Made by a program: the position numbers and the translations under genes. Below are positions 39,901 through 53,610 of a stretch of 64,000 nt of DNA, piece after piece. The stretch comes from Antedon mediterranea (Eukaryota > Animalia > Echinodermata): the NCBI RefSeq assembly GCF_964355755.1, contig NC_092676.1, positions 12,154,671-12,218,670 on the forward strand, written 5' to 3'. The notes below the pieces were generated by a model. It was not told the origin of the DNA. It saw nothing but the letters and a program-made list of their open reading frames with translations, and ran no database searches. Position 1 is the stretch's first letter; the number at the start of each line of letters is the position of its first letter.

Positions 39901-42900
39901 AAAGTGTTTAGAATATCTCCAAATCGCATTTGGAGACGTTTTAGACCATTTTGTGCATTTCGATGAAACTTGGTTACACAAAAACATCAAAGTGCTTAAA
40001 ATCACATTTAAAACCGTTTTAGAGCGTTTTGAGCATTTCGATAAACTTTTCACACAAAAACATCAAAGTGCACAAAATAGCTTCAAATCGCATTTAGAGA
40101 TGTTTTAGACCATTTTGTGCGTTTCGATAAAACTTTTCACACAAAAACATCAAAGTGCACAGAATAGCTTCAAATCGCATTTGGAGACGTTTTAGACCAT
40201 TTTGTGCATTTCAAAAAAACTTTTTAACATAAAAACACCAAAGTGCTTAGAATCACATTTGAAACCGTTTTAGAGCATTTTGTGCATTTCGACGAAACTT
40301 GGTTACACAAAAACATCAAAGTGCTTAAAATCACATTTGAAACCGTTTTAGAGCATTTTGAGCATTTCGATAAAACTTTTCACACAAAAACATCAAAGTG
40401 TACAAAATAGCTTCAAATCGCATTTAGAGAGGTTTTAGAGCATTTTGAGCATTTCGATAATACTTTTCACACAAAAACATCAAAGTGTACAAAATAGCTT
40501 CAAATCACATTTGAAACCGTTTTAGACCATTTTGAGCATTTCGATAAAACTTTTCACACAAAAACATCAAAGTGTACAAAATAGCTTCAAATCGCATTTG
40601 GAGACGTTTTAGACCATTTTGTGCATTTCGATGAAACTTGGTTACACAAAAACATCAAAGTGCTTAAAATCACATTTGAAACCGTTTTAGAGCATTTTTA
40701 GCATTTCGATAATACTTTTCACACAAAAACATCAAAGTGTACAAAATAGCTTCAAATCGCATTTGGAGACGTTTTAGACCATTTTGTGCATTTCGATAAA
40801 ACTTTTCACACAAAAACATCAAAGTGTACAAAATAGCTTCAAATCGCATTTAGAGACGTTTTAGACCATTTTGTGCATTTCGATAAAACTTTTCACACAA
40901 AAACATCAAATTGCACAAAATAGCTTCAAGTCGCATTTGGAGACGTTTTAAACCATTTTGTGCATTTCGATAAAACTTTTCACATAAAAACATCAAAGTG
41001 TACAAAATAGCTTCAAATGGCATTTAGAGACGTTTTAGACCATTTTGGGCATTTCGATGAAACTTAGTTACACAAATACATAAAAGTCCTTAAAATCACA
41101 TTTCAAACCGTTTTAGAGCATTTTGAGCATTTCGATAAAACTTTTCACACAAAAACATCAAAGTGCACAAAATAGCTTCAAATCGCATTTAGAGATGTTT
41201 TAGACCATTTTGTGCAATTCGATAAAACTTTTCACACAAAAACATCAAATTGCACAAAATAGCTTAATATCGTGTTTGAAAACGTTTTAGACCATTTTGA
41301 GCATGTCGATAAAACTTTTCACACAAAAACATAAAAGTGAACAGAATAGCTTCAAATTGGATTTGGAGACGTTTTAGAGCATTTTGTGCATTTCGATAAA
41401 ATGTGTTAACATAAAAAGACCAAAGTGTTTAGAATATCTTCAAATCACATTTGGAGACGTTTTAGACCATTTTTTGCATTTCGATGAAACTTGGTTACAC
41501 AAAAACATCAAAGTGCTTAAAACCGTTGCTTAAAATCACATTTAAAACCGTTTTAGAGCATTTTGAGCATTTCGTTAAAACTTTTCACACAAAAACATCA
41601 AAGTGTACAAAATAGCTTCAAATCGCATTTAGAGAGGTTTTAGACCATTTTGTGCATTTCGATAAAACTTTTCACACAAAAACATCAAAGTGTACAAAAT
41701 AGCTTCAAATGGCATTTAGAGACGTTTTAGACCATTTTGGGCATTTCGATGAAACTTAGTTACACAAATACATAAAAGTCCTTAAAATCACATTTCAAAC
41801 CGTTTTAGAGCATTTTGAGCATTTCGATAAAACTTTTCACACAAAAACATCAAAGTGCACAAAATAGCTTCAAATCGCATTTAGAGATGTTTTAGACCAT
41901 TTTGTGCAATTCGATAAAACTTTTCACACAAAAACATCAAATTGCACAAAATAGCTTAATATCGTGTTTGAAAACGTTTTAGACCATTTTGAGCATGTCG
42001 ATAAAACTTTTCACACAAAAACATAAAAGTGAACAGAATAGCTTCAAATTGGATTTGGAGACGTTTTAGAGCATTTTGTGCATTTCGATAAAATGTGTTA
42101 ACATAAAAAGACCAAAGTGTTTAGAATATCTTCAAATCACATTTGGAGACGTTTTAGACCATTTTTTGCATTTCGATGAAACTTGGTTACACAAAAACAT
42201 CAAAGTGCTTAAAACCGTTGCTTAAAATCACATTTAAAACCGTTTTAGAGCATTTTGAGCATTTCGTTAAAACTTTTCAAACAAAAACATCAAAGTGTAC
42301 AAAATAGCTTCAAATCGCATTTAGAGAGGTTTTAGACCATTTTGTGCATTTCGATAAAACTTTTCACACAAAAACATCAAAGTGTACAAAATAGCTTCAA
42401 ATCGCATTTAGAGAGGTTTTAGACCATTTTGTGCATTTCGATAAAACTTTTCACACAAAAACATCAGAGTGTACAAAATTGCTTCAAATGGCATTTAGAG
42501 AGGTTTTAGACCATTTTGTGCATTTCGATAAAACTTTTCACACAAAAACATCAAAGTGCACAGAATATCTTAATACCGTGTCTGAAATCGTTTTAAACCA
42601 TTTTGAGCATGTCGATAAAACTTTTCACACAAAAACATCAAAGTGCACAGAATATCTTCAAATCGCATTTAGAGACGTTTTAGACCATTTTGTGCATTTC
42701 GAAAAAATTTGTTAACATAAAAAGACCAAAGTGTTTAGAATATCTCCAAATCGCATTTGGAGACGTTTTAGACCATTTTGTGCATTTCGATGAAACTTGG
42801 TTACACAAAAACATCAAAGTGCTTAAAATCACATTTAAAACCGTTTTAGAGCGTTTTGAGCGATTCGATAAACTTTTCACACAAAAACATCAAAGTGCAC

Positions 42901-45900
42901 AAAATAGCTTCAAATCGCATTTAGAGATGTTTTAGACCATTTTGTGCATTTCGATAAAACTTTTCACACAAAAACATCAAATTGCACAAAATAGCTTAAT
43001 ACCGTGTTTGAAATCATTTTAAACCATTTTGAGCATGTCGATAAAACTTTTCACACAAAAATATCAAAGTGCACAGAATATCTTCAAATCGCATTTAGAG
43101 ACGTTTTAGACCATTTTGTGCATTTCGAAAAAATTTGTTAACATAAAAAGACCAAAGTGTTTAGAATATCTCCAAATCGCATTTGGAGACGTTTTAGACC
43201 ATTTTGTGTTTTTCGAAAAAACTTTTCACACAAAAACATCAAAGTGTACAAAATTGCTTCAAATCGCATTTGGAGACGTTTTAGACCATTTTGTGATTTT
43301 CGAAAAACTTTTCACACAAAAACATCAAAGTGTAGAAAATTGCTTCAAATCGGAAAAAAAATGTTTTGAGAGATGTTTTAGAACAATTTTGTGCATTTCG
43401 AAAAAATTTGTTAACATAAAAAGACCAAAGTGTTTAGAATATCTCCAAATCGCATTTGGAGACGTTTTAGACCATTTTGTGCATTTCGGTGACACTTGGT
43501 TACACAAAAACATCAAAGTGCTTAAAATCACATTTAAAACCGTTTTAGAGCGTTTTGAGCATTTCGATAAACTTTTCAAACAAAAACATCAAAGTGTACA
43601 AAATAGCTTCAAATCGTATTTGGAGACGTTTTAGACCATTTTGTGCGTTTCGATGTATCTTGGTTACACAAAAACATCAAAGTGCTTAAAATCACATTTA
43701 AAACCGTTTTAGTGCATTTTGAGCATTTCGATAAAACTTTTCACACAAAAACATCAAATTGCACAAAATAGCTTAATATCGTGTTTGAAAACGTTTTAGA
43801 CCATTTTGAGCATGTCGATAAAACTTTTCACACAAAAACATAAAAGTGCACAGAATAGCTTCAAATCGCATTTGGAGTCGTTTTAGACCATTTTGTGCAT
43901 TTCGAAAAAACTTTTTAACATAAAAACACCAAAGTTCTTAGAATAGCTTCAAATCGCATTTGGAGACGTTTTAGACCATTTTGTGCATATCGATGAAACT
44001 TGGTTACACAAAAACATCAAAGTGCTTAAAATCACATTTGAAACCGTTTTAGAGCATTTTGAGCATTTCGATAAAACTTTTCACACAAAAACATCAAAGT
44101 GTACAAAATAGCTTCAAATCACATTTGAAACCGTTTTAGACCATTTTGAGCATTTCGATAAAACTTTTCACACAAAAACATCAAAGTGTACAAAATAGCT
44201 TCAAATCGCATTTGGAGACGTTTTAGACCATTTTGTGCATTTCGATGAAACTTGGTTACACAAAAACATCAAAGTGCTTAAAATTTCATTTGAAAGCGTT
44301 TTAGAGCATTTTGAGCATTTCGATAATACTTTTCACACAAAAACATCAAAGTGTACAAAATAGCTTCAAATCGCATTTGGAGACGTTTTAGACCATTTTG
44401 TGCATTTCGATAAAACTTTTCACACAAAAACATCAAAGTGTACAAAATAACTTCAAATCGTATTTAGAGACGTTTTAGACCATTTTGTGCATTTTGATAA
44501 AACTTTTCACACAAAAACATCAAATTGCACAAAATAGCTTAATATCGTGTTTGAAAACGTTTTAAACCATTTTGAGCATGTCGATAAAACTTTTCACACA
44601 AAAATATCAAAGTGCACAGAATATCTTCAAATCGCATTTAGAGACGTTTTAGACCATTTTGTGCATTTCGAAAAAATTTGTTAACATAAAAAGACCAAAG
44701 TGTTTAGAATATCTCCAAATCGCATTTGGAGACGTTTTAGACCATTTTGTGATTTTCGAAAAACTTTTTACACTAAAACATCAAAGTGTAGAAAATTGCT
44801 TCAAATCGCATTTAGAGATGTTTTAGACCATTTTGTGCATTTCGAAAAAATTTGTTAACATAAAAAGACCAAAGTGTTTAGAATATCTCCAAATCGCATT
44901 TGGAGACGTTTTAGACCATTTTGTGCATTTCGATGACACTTGGTTACACAAAAACATCAAAGTGCTTAAAATCACATTTAAAACCGTTTTAAAGCGTTTT
45001 GAGCATTTCGATAAACTTTTCAAACAAAAACATCAAAGTGTACAAAATAGCTTCAAATCGTATTTGGAGACGTTTTAGACCATTTTGTGCGTTTCGATGA
45101 ATCTTGGTTACACAAAAACATCAAAGTGCTTAAAATCACATTTAAAACCGTTTTAGTGCATTTTGAGCATTTCGATAAAACTTTTCACACAAAAACATCA
45201 AATTGCACAAAATAGCTTAATATCGTGTTTGAAAACGTTTTAGACCATTTTGAGCATGTCGATAAAACTTTTCACACAAAAACATAAAAGTGAACAGAAT
45301 AGCTTCAAATTGCATTTGGAGACGTTTTAGAGCATTTTGTGCATTTCGATAAAATGTGTTAACATAAAAAGACCAAAGTGTTTAGAATATCTTCAAATCA
45401 CATTTGGAGACGTTTTAGACCATTTTTTGCATTTCGATGAAACTTGGTTACACAAAAACATCAAAGTGCTTAAAATCACATTTAAAACCGTTTTAGAGCA
45501 TTTTGAGCATTTCAATAAAACTTTTCACACAAAAACATCAAAAAGTGCACAGAATATCTTCAAATCGAATTTAGAGACGTTTTAGACCATTTTGTGCATT
45601 TCGAAAAAATTTGTTAACATAAAAAGACCAAAGTGTTTAGAATATCTCCAAATCGCATTTGGAGACGTTTTAGACCATTTTGTGCATTTCGATGAAACTT
45701 GGTTACACAAAAACATCAAAGTGCTTAAAATCACATTTGAAACCGTTTTAGAGCATTTTGAGCATTTCGATAAAACTTTTCACACAAAAACATCAAAGTG
45801 TACAAAATAGCTTCAAATCGCATTTGGAGACGTTTTAGACCATTTTGTGCATTTCGATAAAACTTTTCACACAAAAACATCAAAGTGTACAAAATAGCTT

Positions 45901-46886
45901 CAAATCGCATTTAGAGACGTTTTAGACCATTTTGTGCATTTCGATAAAACTTTTCACACAAAAACATCAAATTGCACAAAATAGCTTCAAGTCGCATTTG
46001 GAGACGTTTTAAACCATTTTGTGCATTTCGATAAAACTTTTCACATAAAAACATCAAAGTGTACAAAATAGCTTCAAATGGCATTTAGAGACGTTTTAGA
46101 CCATTTTGGGCATTTCGATGAAACTTAGTTACACAAATACATAAAAGTCCTTAAAATCACATTTCAAACCGTTTTAGAGCATTTTGAGCATTTCGATAAA
46201 ACTTTTCACACAAAAACATCAAAGTGCACAAAATAGCTTCAAATCGCATTTAGAGATGTTTTAGACCATTTTGTGCAATTCGATAAAACTTTTCACACAA
46301 AAACATCAAATTGCACAAAATAGCTTAATATCGTGTTTGAAAACGTTTTAGACCATTTTGAGCATGTCGATAAAACTTTTCACACAAAAACATAAAAGTG
46401 AACAGAATAGCTTCAAATTGGATTTGGAGACGTTTTAGAGCATTTTGTGCATTTCGATAAAATGTGTTAACATAAAAAGACTTAGTTACACAAATACATA
46501 AAAGTCCTTAAAATCACATTTCAAACCGTTTTAGAGCATTTTGAGCATTTCGATAAAACTTTTCACACAAAAATATCAAAGTGCACAGAATAGCTTCAAA
46601 TCGCATTTGGAGACGTTTTAGACCATTTTGTGTTTTTCGAAAAAACTTTTCACACAAAAACATCAAAGTGTACAAAATTGCTTCAAATCGCATTTGGAGA
46701 CGTTTTAGACCATTTTGTGATTTTCGAAAAACTTTTCACACAAAAACATCAAAGTGTAGAAAATTGCTTCAAATCGCATTTAGAGACGTTTTAGACCATT
46801 TTGTGCATTTCGAAAAAATTTGTTAACATAAAAAGACCAAAGTGTTTAGAATATCTCCAAATCGCATTTGGAGACGTTTTAGACCA
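30926..46886 (+). repeat. Satellite DNA array, forward orientation
   Basis: Same monomer family, continuous between the two LINE copies. Confidence 0.98.
31161..33040 (+). repeat. 923-bp local tandem duplication
   Basis: Matching spurious ORF pairs at 31237/32160 and 31907/32830 (offset 923). The variant gaaactgttttag occurs at about 31384 and 32307. Confidence 0.85.
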
Positions 46887-48252
46887 TTTTTTTTTTTATC
46901 TTATGTGGGTTCATCCCACTTTTATTTCCATACCACTGTTCTCTTTACATATATTTTTCACTATACACTATACATATCATTATATTTACAATGTTTGTTT
47001 AATCATCTGTATACATATACTTATTTAAAGAGTTTTATTCATTTGTTTACATATTATCACATTGATTACATAGCTTCCTCTTTTTAGACATATTATCTGT
47101 AACACATTTTCATTAACAAGCTTATTTTTTTTTCTTACATAGTTGTTTTTGATTTTTTCATCTACCACATTTTCATTTAACAATGCATATTCTCTGTTAT
47201 ACTCATTACTTACTAAATGTTTACTGTTAACATAATATTGTTCTCATCCTTTAACATTAATATTAATATTTTTGTTCTTTAATGTTTACAAAACCAGCAG
47301 ATCCTTTTTTGCATCTATAACTTCTTAAATTTTCATTTAACTTTTTTACTTTCTTCTCTTATGTGGATTCATTCCACTTTTTTTTTTTTTTTTACTTATT
47401 TTCTTTAAAAAAAAAAAAAAAAAAAAAAACTATTTCCATATATTATTTTGTTTATACATACATTATCATTTAACCACATTGATTACATAGTTTCCTCTTT
47501 TTATACATATTATCTATAACACATTTTCATTAACAAAGCTTATTTTTTCTTACATAGTTGTTTTTGGTTTTTTTTCATCTACATGCATATTTATTTCATA
47601 CAATTATAATACGTTTATGTTTAATAAATCCATCCCATGGGTTTGTCCCATTTTATTTTTCTTTGGATTTATCTATGCAAACATATTTTCATTTAAACAA
47701 TGCATATTCTCAGTTATACTAATTACTTACTAACTTTTTACTGTTAACATTATATTTTCCTCATCCTTTAACATTGATTTTTTTTATCTTTAAATGTTTA
47801 CAAAATTTATTTCCAACAGATTATCCTTTTTTGCATCTACAGTATAACCCATCAAAGTTTCATTTAACTTTTTTTTTCCTATGTGGGTTCATTCAATTAT
47901 TTTTTTTTTACTTATTATTTATTCTATTATTTTTTTTATACATACATTATCATTTAACAACATTTGTGTTTAATGATCCATTAAAAAAATTTGACATTTT
48001 TTTTTTTCTTTTTAACCATTTTATCATTTCAAAATTCCACATGCAGTAAGAATGTGCAAATTACATATATACGGTATATACCTATAATATGAAAGCTTTG
48101 ATGAAAACACTTCACCACTTAAACCTAAACCTTCTTATCCTTCATCATTTTTTTTTATCATCAATCTATAAAAAGCTTTTCACATTTTGTCTTTTTGTTT
48201 TCAAATCATCAAGGTATACATATTTACAAAATATACAGTATAGTAGCAAGGG

Positions 48253-48288
<36 letters not shown>

Positions 48289-48370
48289 ATAATAGATTCA
48301 TCATTCATGGTATCTCATTTACATATTTTCTTCCTTAATCTGGTTGAGCATATATAGTATACCTGCAGAT

Positions 48371-51300
48371 TTACATATTTCTTATCTTTTTTTCAGATTT
48401 AAACATTTGTAGGAGATTGATTTTTTTTTCCTTTTCCAATAAACTTAATATCTTTACTTTATAAATACAAAATGCTCCTAAGGTGTATAATTTATTTACG
48501 TAATTATTGTCAGTTTCAAATAAAAGTCTTTTGAAAGAAAAAACAGGAATATGTATGCTTACTGCTCTAATTATTTCGTTTATCTCTCTCCATAAACATT
48601 TTACTGTTATGCACTCTACTAACATATGTTTATCATTCTCAATAACATTGCATGTGTCACAACATGGGGAATTTACAAGTCTCCACCTATGTAATCTTTC
48701 ATTTGTTGGCAATATTCTGTGCAACAATTTAAAATTAAAATGTGCCAGTTTTTTTCCTTTAAGACCAGAAACTTTCTTAACCCATATTTTTGTCCATGGC
48801 ATATTACCAAATATGGATTCCCACTTAACCTGTGCCGTAGGTGTAATATATTGAGCATCTATTATGAATCTATATAATTGTCTAGACGTCATATTTAAGA
48901 CCTTATTGTTTGTAATAGGTATATCATTTACATTAATGTCATGTGTTGATTTTAAAATACATTTCCATTCTTTTGGAATGGCTTTCAATATACATGAATA
49001 TTCACTGATCCAATTTTGTGTACATCTTAACCTTCTTTTTATCTCTATCGCAGGCTTAAACACATTATTATTTATTACATCATATATTTTTAAAAACCCT
49101 GAACTAATCCAGTTACAGTTATATAACGGCTTCTTTTTAATACATATAAACTCATTACCCCATAATGATTGATTAATAATGTCATCATAGCTTATTGGTT
49201 CCTTATTTAATCTATTATTACAAGCATTAGCTACTGCTATAGACTTAATAACTGAGAGGTAAAATGGTGGTACGGATATATTACACGGAACTTTTGATAA
49301 ATTTGAGGTTAATGATTTTGGGCCTATCTTTTCTATATAAAATGTAGGTAAATATTTCCATTTGGCATCATCGTTTTCATACAGTCTCCTGTACCATTTA
49401 ACTTGGAAAGATATTACCTGAGATCTGAATTCTACCATTTTTAGACCACCTTGACTGTAATTGGCACACATGGTTTTTCTTTTTATTTTCTCTTTCTTAG
49501 TTTCCCAAATGAATTTAAAAATTAATTTATCCACCTCTTTTATTACTTTTTCTGGTACTAGCAAAATGCAGGAATTGTATATAATTTTTGAGAGCGCTAA
49601 TGTTTTTACAATAGTAATTCTTCCAAAAAAAGTGAGGTGTCTTTTCTCCCATGTTTTTAGGGTATTTTTTAATGCGTCTATTTTTTCTTTCCAGTTCTTT
49701 TGATAACAATATTCCTTATCATGTCCAACATAGATACCTAATATCCGAATTGGTGTGGATGTCCAAGAAATGTTACCATGTGTGTCCTTGCAGTCTCTTA
49801 AACTGCCAAGCCAAAAAGCATTTGTTTTATTCTTATTTAATTTTAATCCAGAAACCTCTCCAAACTTTTCAATAATACTTATGCTGTTATCTATACTATT
49901 TATATCCTTTAGAAAAAGCACAGTGTCATCTGCTAGCTGTGCAATCTTAATATCTTTAAATATACCATTGCCTGCAGGAACAATCAGGCCTTTGACCATA
50001 TCACATGCTCTTATTTTTGTAGCTAGGACTTCAGCTACTAAAATAAACAATAGAGCAGACAAGGGACATCCTTGTCTAATACCTTGGTGCATTGCAAAAC
50101 TTTCTGATTGCCAACCATTATTTGTGAATATACAATTTGTATTGTTATACAGTGCTTTTACCCAGTTCACAAATGAAATACCAAAATTGAATTTATTTAA
50201 GGCTTCTATTAAAAATGATCTATTGACACTGTCAAATGCTTTTTGGAAATCTAAACTTATAAGTATACCTTCAAGCTGTTCATTTTCCATGTAAGTAATT
50301 ATGTCCTCTATTAGTCTTATATTGTCACCACCAAAGCGACCTTTTACATACCCTTTTTGGTCATTGTTTATTATATACTTTGCAACTCGATGTAATCTTG
50401 TTGTAAGAACAAAAGAAGCTATTTTGTAGTCAATATTGAGTAAAGTGATAGGACGCCAGTTATTTAAATCTTTGTGATCACCTTTTTTGTAAATAAGGTT
50501 GATTATTCCCCTTCTTTGTGACACAGACATTTCTTGTGTGGCAAAACCATAATTTAGTGCATCACAAACAAGGTCACAGATAAGGTACCAGAAGAGTTGA
50601 TAAAACTCAACTGTTAAACCGTCACTGCCTGGAGCTTAATTTTTTTTCATTTTCTTCATTGCTTGCTCACATTCGAAGAGAGAGAGATGACCCTCACACA
50701 TCTCTTGTTCTGCCTCTGTGAGTTTAGTTAAATTAACATGAGATAGGTACTTATCAATTGATTTGTAAGGAACATCTTGTTTTGAATATATTTTTTTGAA
50801 GAAATTAACCTCTTCCTTCAATATCTCTGTGGAATTTGATATAATGGATCCGTCCTGTTTTTTTAATTTTTTAATATGTTTTTTATTACTATTATTTTTC
50901 TCTAAACCAAGAAAGTATTTAGTGTTTCGTTCGCCATCTTCTATCCACTTTACTCTTGACCTAATTTGAGCGCCTTTAGCTTCCAATAGGTAAATTTGCT
51001 CAAGTTCATTCTTTTTTTGATCTAATTCTGTTTCATACTGGATATTATTATCAGTATTATCCTTTTTCATAATTAAATCATTAATGATAGCAATTTCCTG
51101 TTGAAGTATTTCTTTTCTTTTGCATTTATTTTTATTTTTCATTTTCCCATATTTTATGGAGAATTCCTTTATTTTTACTTTAATCATTTCCCATTTATCC
51201 TTTGGGTTAAGTTCTTCTAATCTAGCTCTTTCTATTATGTTTTTGATGTTGTTTATATAATCTTCATTATCTAAGTGAGAATTGTTCATTTTCCATAATC

Positions 51301-52050
51301 CTGGGCCTCTTTCTTCATTAGTTAAACTTATTTTTAAGGATATGGCTTGGTGATCAGACATGATTGACGGCCTGATATCACATGTGTTAACATATTCACA
51401 TAAGTCGTTAGATATAAAAAATAGTCCAACCTTCTGTACGTTTGGGTGGATTTCCTTCGCCATGTGAATTGACATGTATCTGGGTTATTTTTTCTCCAGA
51501 TGTCATTAAGATTCAGATTTTTCATAAAATGTGTTATTGTAAAAACAGAATTATCTACTCTATCGACACTACCTTTTTGGTCAAATTTTCTGTCTAGAGC
51601 ACAATTCATGTCACCACCTATAATTATTTTATCATTTTTGCTTTCTTTGAAGTCAATAATTGTTTTATGTAAAGTCCTGAAGTAAGAACATCGATCTTTT
51701 ACATAATTTGGGGCATATGAATTGACAAGAATGAAATAGTTGTCATCTATTTGAACTCTTAGAAGTAAAAATCTACCATTAATATCTTTGTATTGTTTTG
51801 TTACCCTGTGTTGAATTTTACTAGCAATAATTGTGGATGTTCCTCTACTGTGTGATGAGCCAAAGCAGTGGTAGGAATCACCTTGCCATATATCATTCAG
51901 TGACTGGGTTTTATCATTTGTCAAATGTGATTCTTGAATGAAGATGATATCTGCTTTGTTGTCTTTGACCCATTTAAAAATACTAATTTGTTTTTGTTTT
52001 TCTCTAAATCCTCTAACATTTAATGATAAAAGGTGTATGTTTGGTGTCAT
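48371..52050 (-). pseudogene. LINE ORF2 (APE-RT), copy 2, with the same frameshift and stop
   Basis: Same three fragments (238, 279, 719 aa). Frameshift near 51416-51421 and TAA at 50638-50636. Amino-acid differences are STFIAS>STIIAS and EKGKK>EKEKK. Confidence 0.93.
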
Positions 52051-52134
52051 ATGATTATTAAATATAAAACATTTTATAAACTTTATAATTTATCTTAAAT
52101 AAAAAAACTAAATTGTAATAATAAACATTTGAAG

Positions 52135-53406
52135 TCATATTGCACAGTATGATACAGTAGTTCTGCAACTTACTTCCTTGTAACCCTTTTCCTTAGGTTG
52201 ATTTTTTTTTTTTTTTTTCTGTGGTGGATTTTCTGGTGATGTTTCCTTTAAATCTTTTTCAGTTCTACTTTCATCAGTGGTAGCCCCTTTCCTTTCATTG
52301 TTACTTTTTGAGTTTTGAGTGGAAGAAACAAAAAAATCTGTTACCTTCTTCTGTTCTTTGCTTTCACTTGCTTCACTAATGGTCTTTTCCTCACTGTCCA
52401 AAATTATTATATCTTTGTCTTTTACATGTTCTTGTTCTTCATCAGATTCACTTCCGCTGCTGTCATCTGCAGTATCTTGTGAGCTGAACACTTCATCAAT
52501 ATCTACTTCTGTGTCTGAATTTGGGTTTGCATTATCATGTGATTTATCTTTATCTGTTATCTTTAAGTCTTTATCTGTTATTTGTTTTGGTATTGGAGTG
52601 TGCACAAATGATTCCCACATACGGTTAATATATGCCCCTGTTGATCCCATTGAGTTGGCTGATATTTGCTGTTGGCCTATTTCATTGTTGCAAGTGCTCA
52701 TAGTATGACCTTCTTGGTGACATTTAAAGCATACTCTATTAGCCTTACATTGATAAGCTTCGTGTCCATTTTTCAAGCATTTGTTACATTTGATCTCTTG
52801 TCCTTCGTGAAACACACGAGCTTTGAAACCATTTAGAACGATTTGCCTGGGTATGGGGGATGACATTTTTTCAACAAAGACAGCCCTATCACCATTAAGC
52901 CAACTTGTCAGTTGTCCGTTGACTCTGATTTTTTGCCTCATTATATCACTTACTGGTTTGCAACCCAATGCTTTTAACCGGTTTGCTATCTCGGAGTCCG
53001 CTACAGACAACGGAATATCTTTAATGAGGATTCTCGTACTGTCCGTTTTGTTATATGCAAGATATGGATTAATGTCGAACACTGTGACATTACAATTTCT
53101 TATGTTAATACCGTTCGTTATTAGTTGCACTCTGTCTTTCCTATCATTGACATAGATTCTCCAGAGATTCCGGATTTTCTGAACACCTACGATGTGATCG
53201 GCGGGTATAATTTTTGTTAATGTAATGCATAGATCTTCATCTCTAAAGAACGATTTATCGGTTGGAATTTGGTCTGCTTTTAAAAACACCGGCTTCACAC
53301 CTCCTTGTTGTTGCGTTGTTTGCATACCGGCTTTGTTTACTCGGTTGCTCGTAGCCCCCGCTGACTTTGTAGAAGCGGCGGGAGATTTCGGTTGATATGT
53401 AGCCAT
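52135..53406 (-). CDS. LINE ORF1 zinc-knuckle protein, copy 2 (423 aa, alternative C-terminus)
   Basis: Identical to copy 1 up to the poly-Lys run. One extra A in the homopolymer changes the tail from INLRKRVTRK to NQPKEKGYKEVSCRTTVSYCAI. Confidence 0.9.
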   Translation of the reverse strand: MATYQPKSPAASTKSAGATSNRVNKAGMQTTQQQGGVKPVFLKADQIPTDKSFFRDEDLCITLTKIIPADHIVGVQKIRNLWRIYVNDRKDRVQLITNGINIRNCNVTVFDINPYLAYNKTDSTRILIKDIPLSVADSEIANRLKALGCKPVSDIMRQKIRVNGQLTSWLNGDRAVFVEKMSSPIPRQIVLNGFKARVFHEGQEIKCNKCLKNGHEAYQCKANRVCFKCHQEGHTMSTCNNEIGQQQISANSMGSTGAYINRMWESFVHTPIPKQITDKDLKITDKDKSHDNANPNSDTEVDIDEVFSSQDTADDSSGSESDEEQEHVKDKDIIILDSEEKTISEASESKEQKKVTDFFVSSTQNSKSNNERKGATTDESRTEKDLKETSPENPPQKKKKKNQPKEKGYKEVSCRTTVSYCAI

Positions 53407-53610
53407 TAAGCTACGTTGGATTTTACACGTTAAACTTGAGTATATTATCGTAATATACCAAACGACAAACTTCTTTTTGTTCAGAATCCTTATGTAAATC
53501 AGGATTACTTACTTAATCTTCGTTTTACAGTGAAATATGGTGTAAAAATAACTATTTTACTCAGAGCTTAGTTTGGCCTGTCACCTTGGTTTCCTGACCA
53601 GAGCGCCCGT

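Larger units (their letters stand above)
46887..53610 (-). mobile_element. Full-length L1-group (Tx1-like) retrotransposon, copy 2 (duplicate of copy 1)
   Basis: Offset of 22679-22685 from copy 1. Both junctions are identical (agaccattttttttttt/atcttatg and gagcgcccgt/acaaaaacatc). It differs mainly in homopolymer lengths plus a few substitutions. Confidence 0.96.

Noticed and set aside
52135-52220. Functional alternative ORF1 C-terminus in copy 2
   Set aside because: It is caused by a one-base length difference in a long homopolymer, consistent with slippage or sequencing error.
46887-53610. Second LINE as an independent site-specific insertion
   Set aside because: It has the same junctions, target deletion, tail length, ORF2 lesions and flanking monomer variants as copy 1, which indicates duplication.
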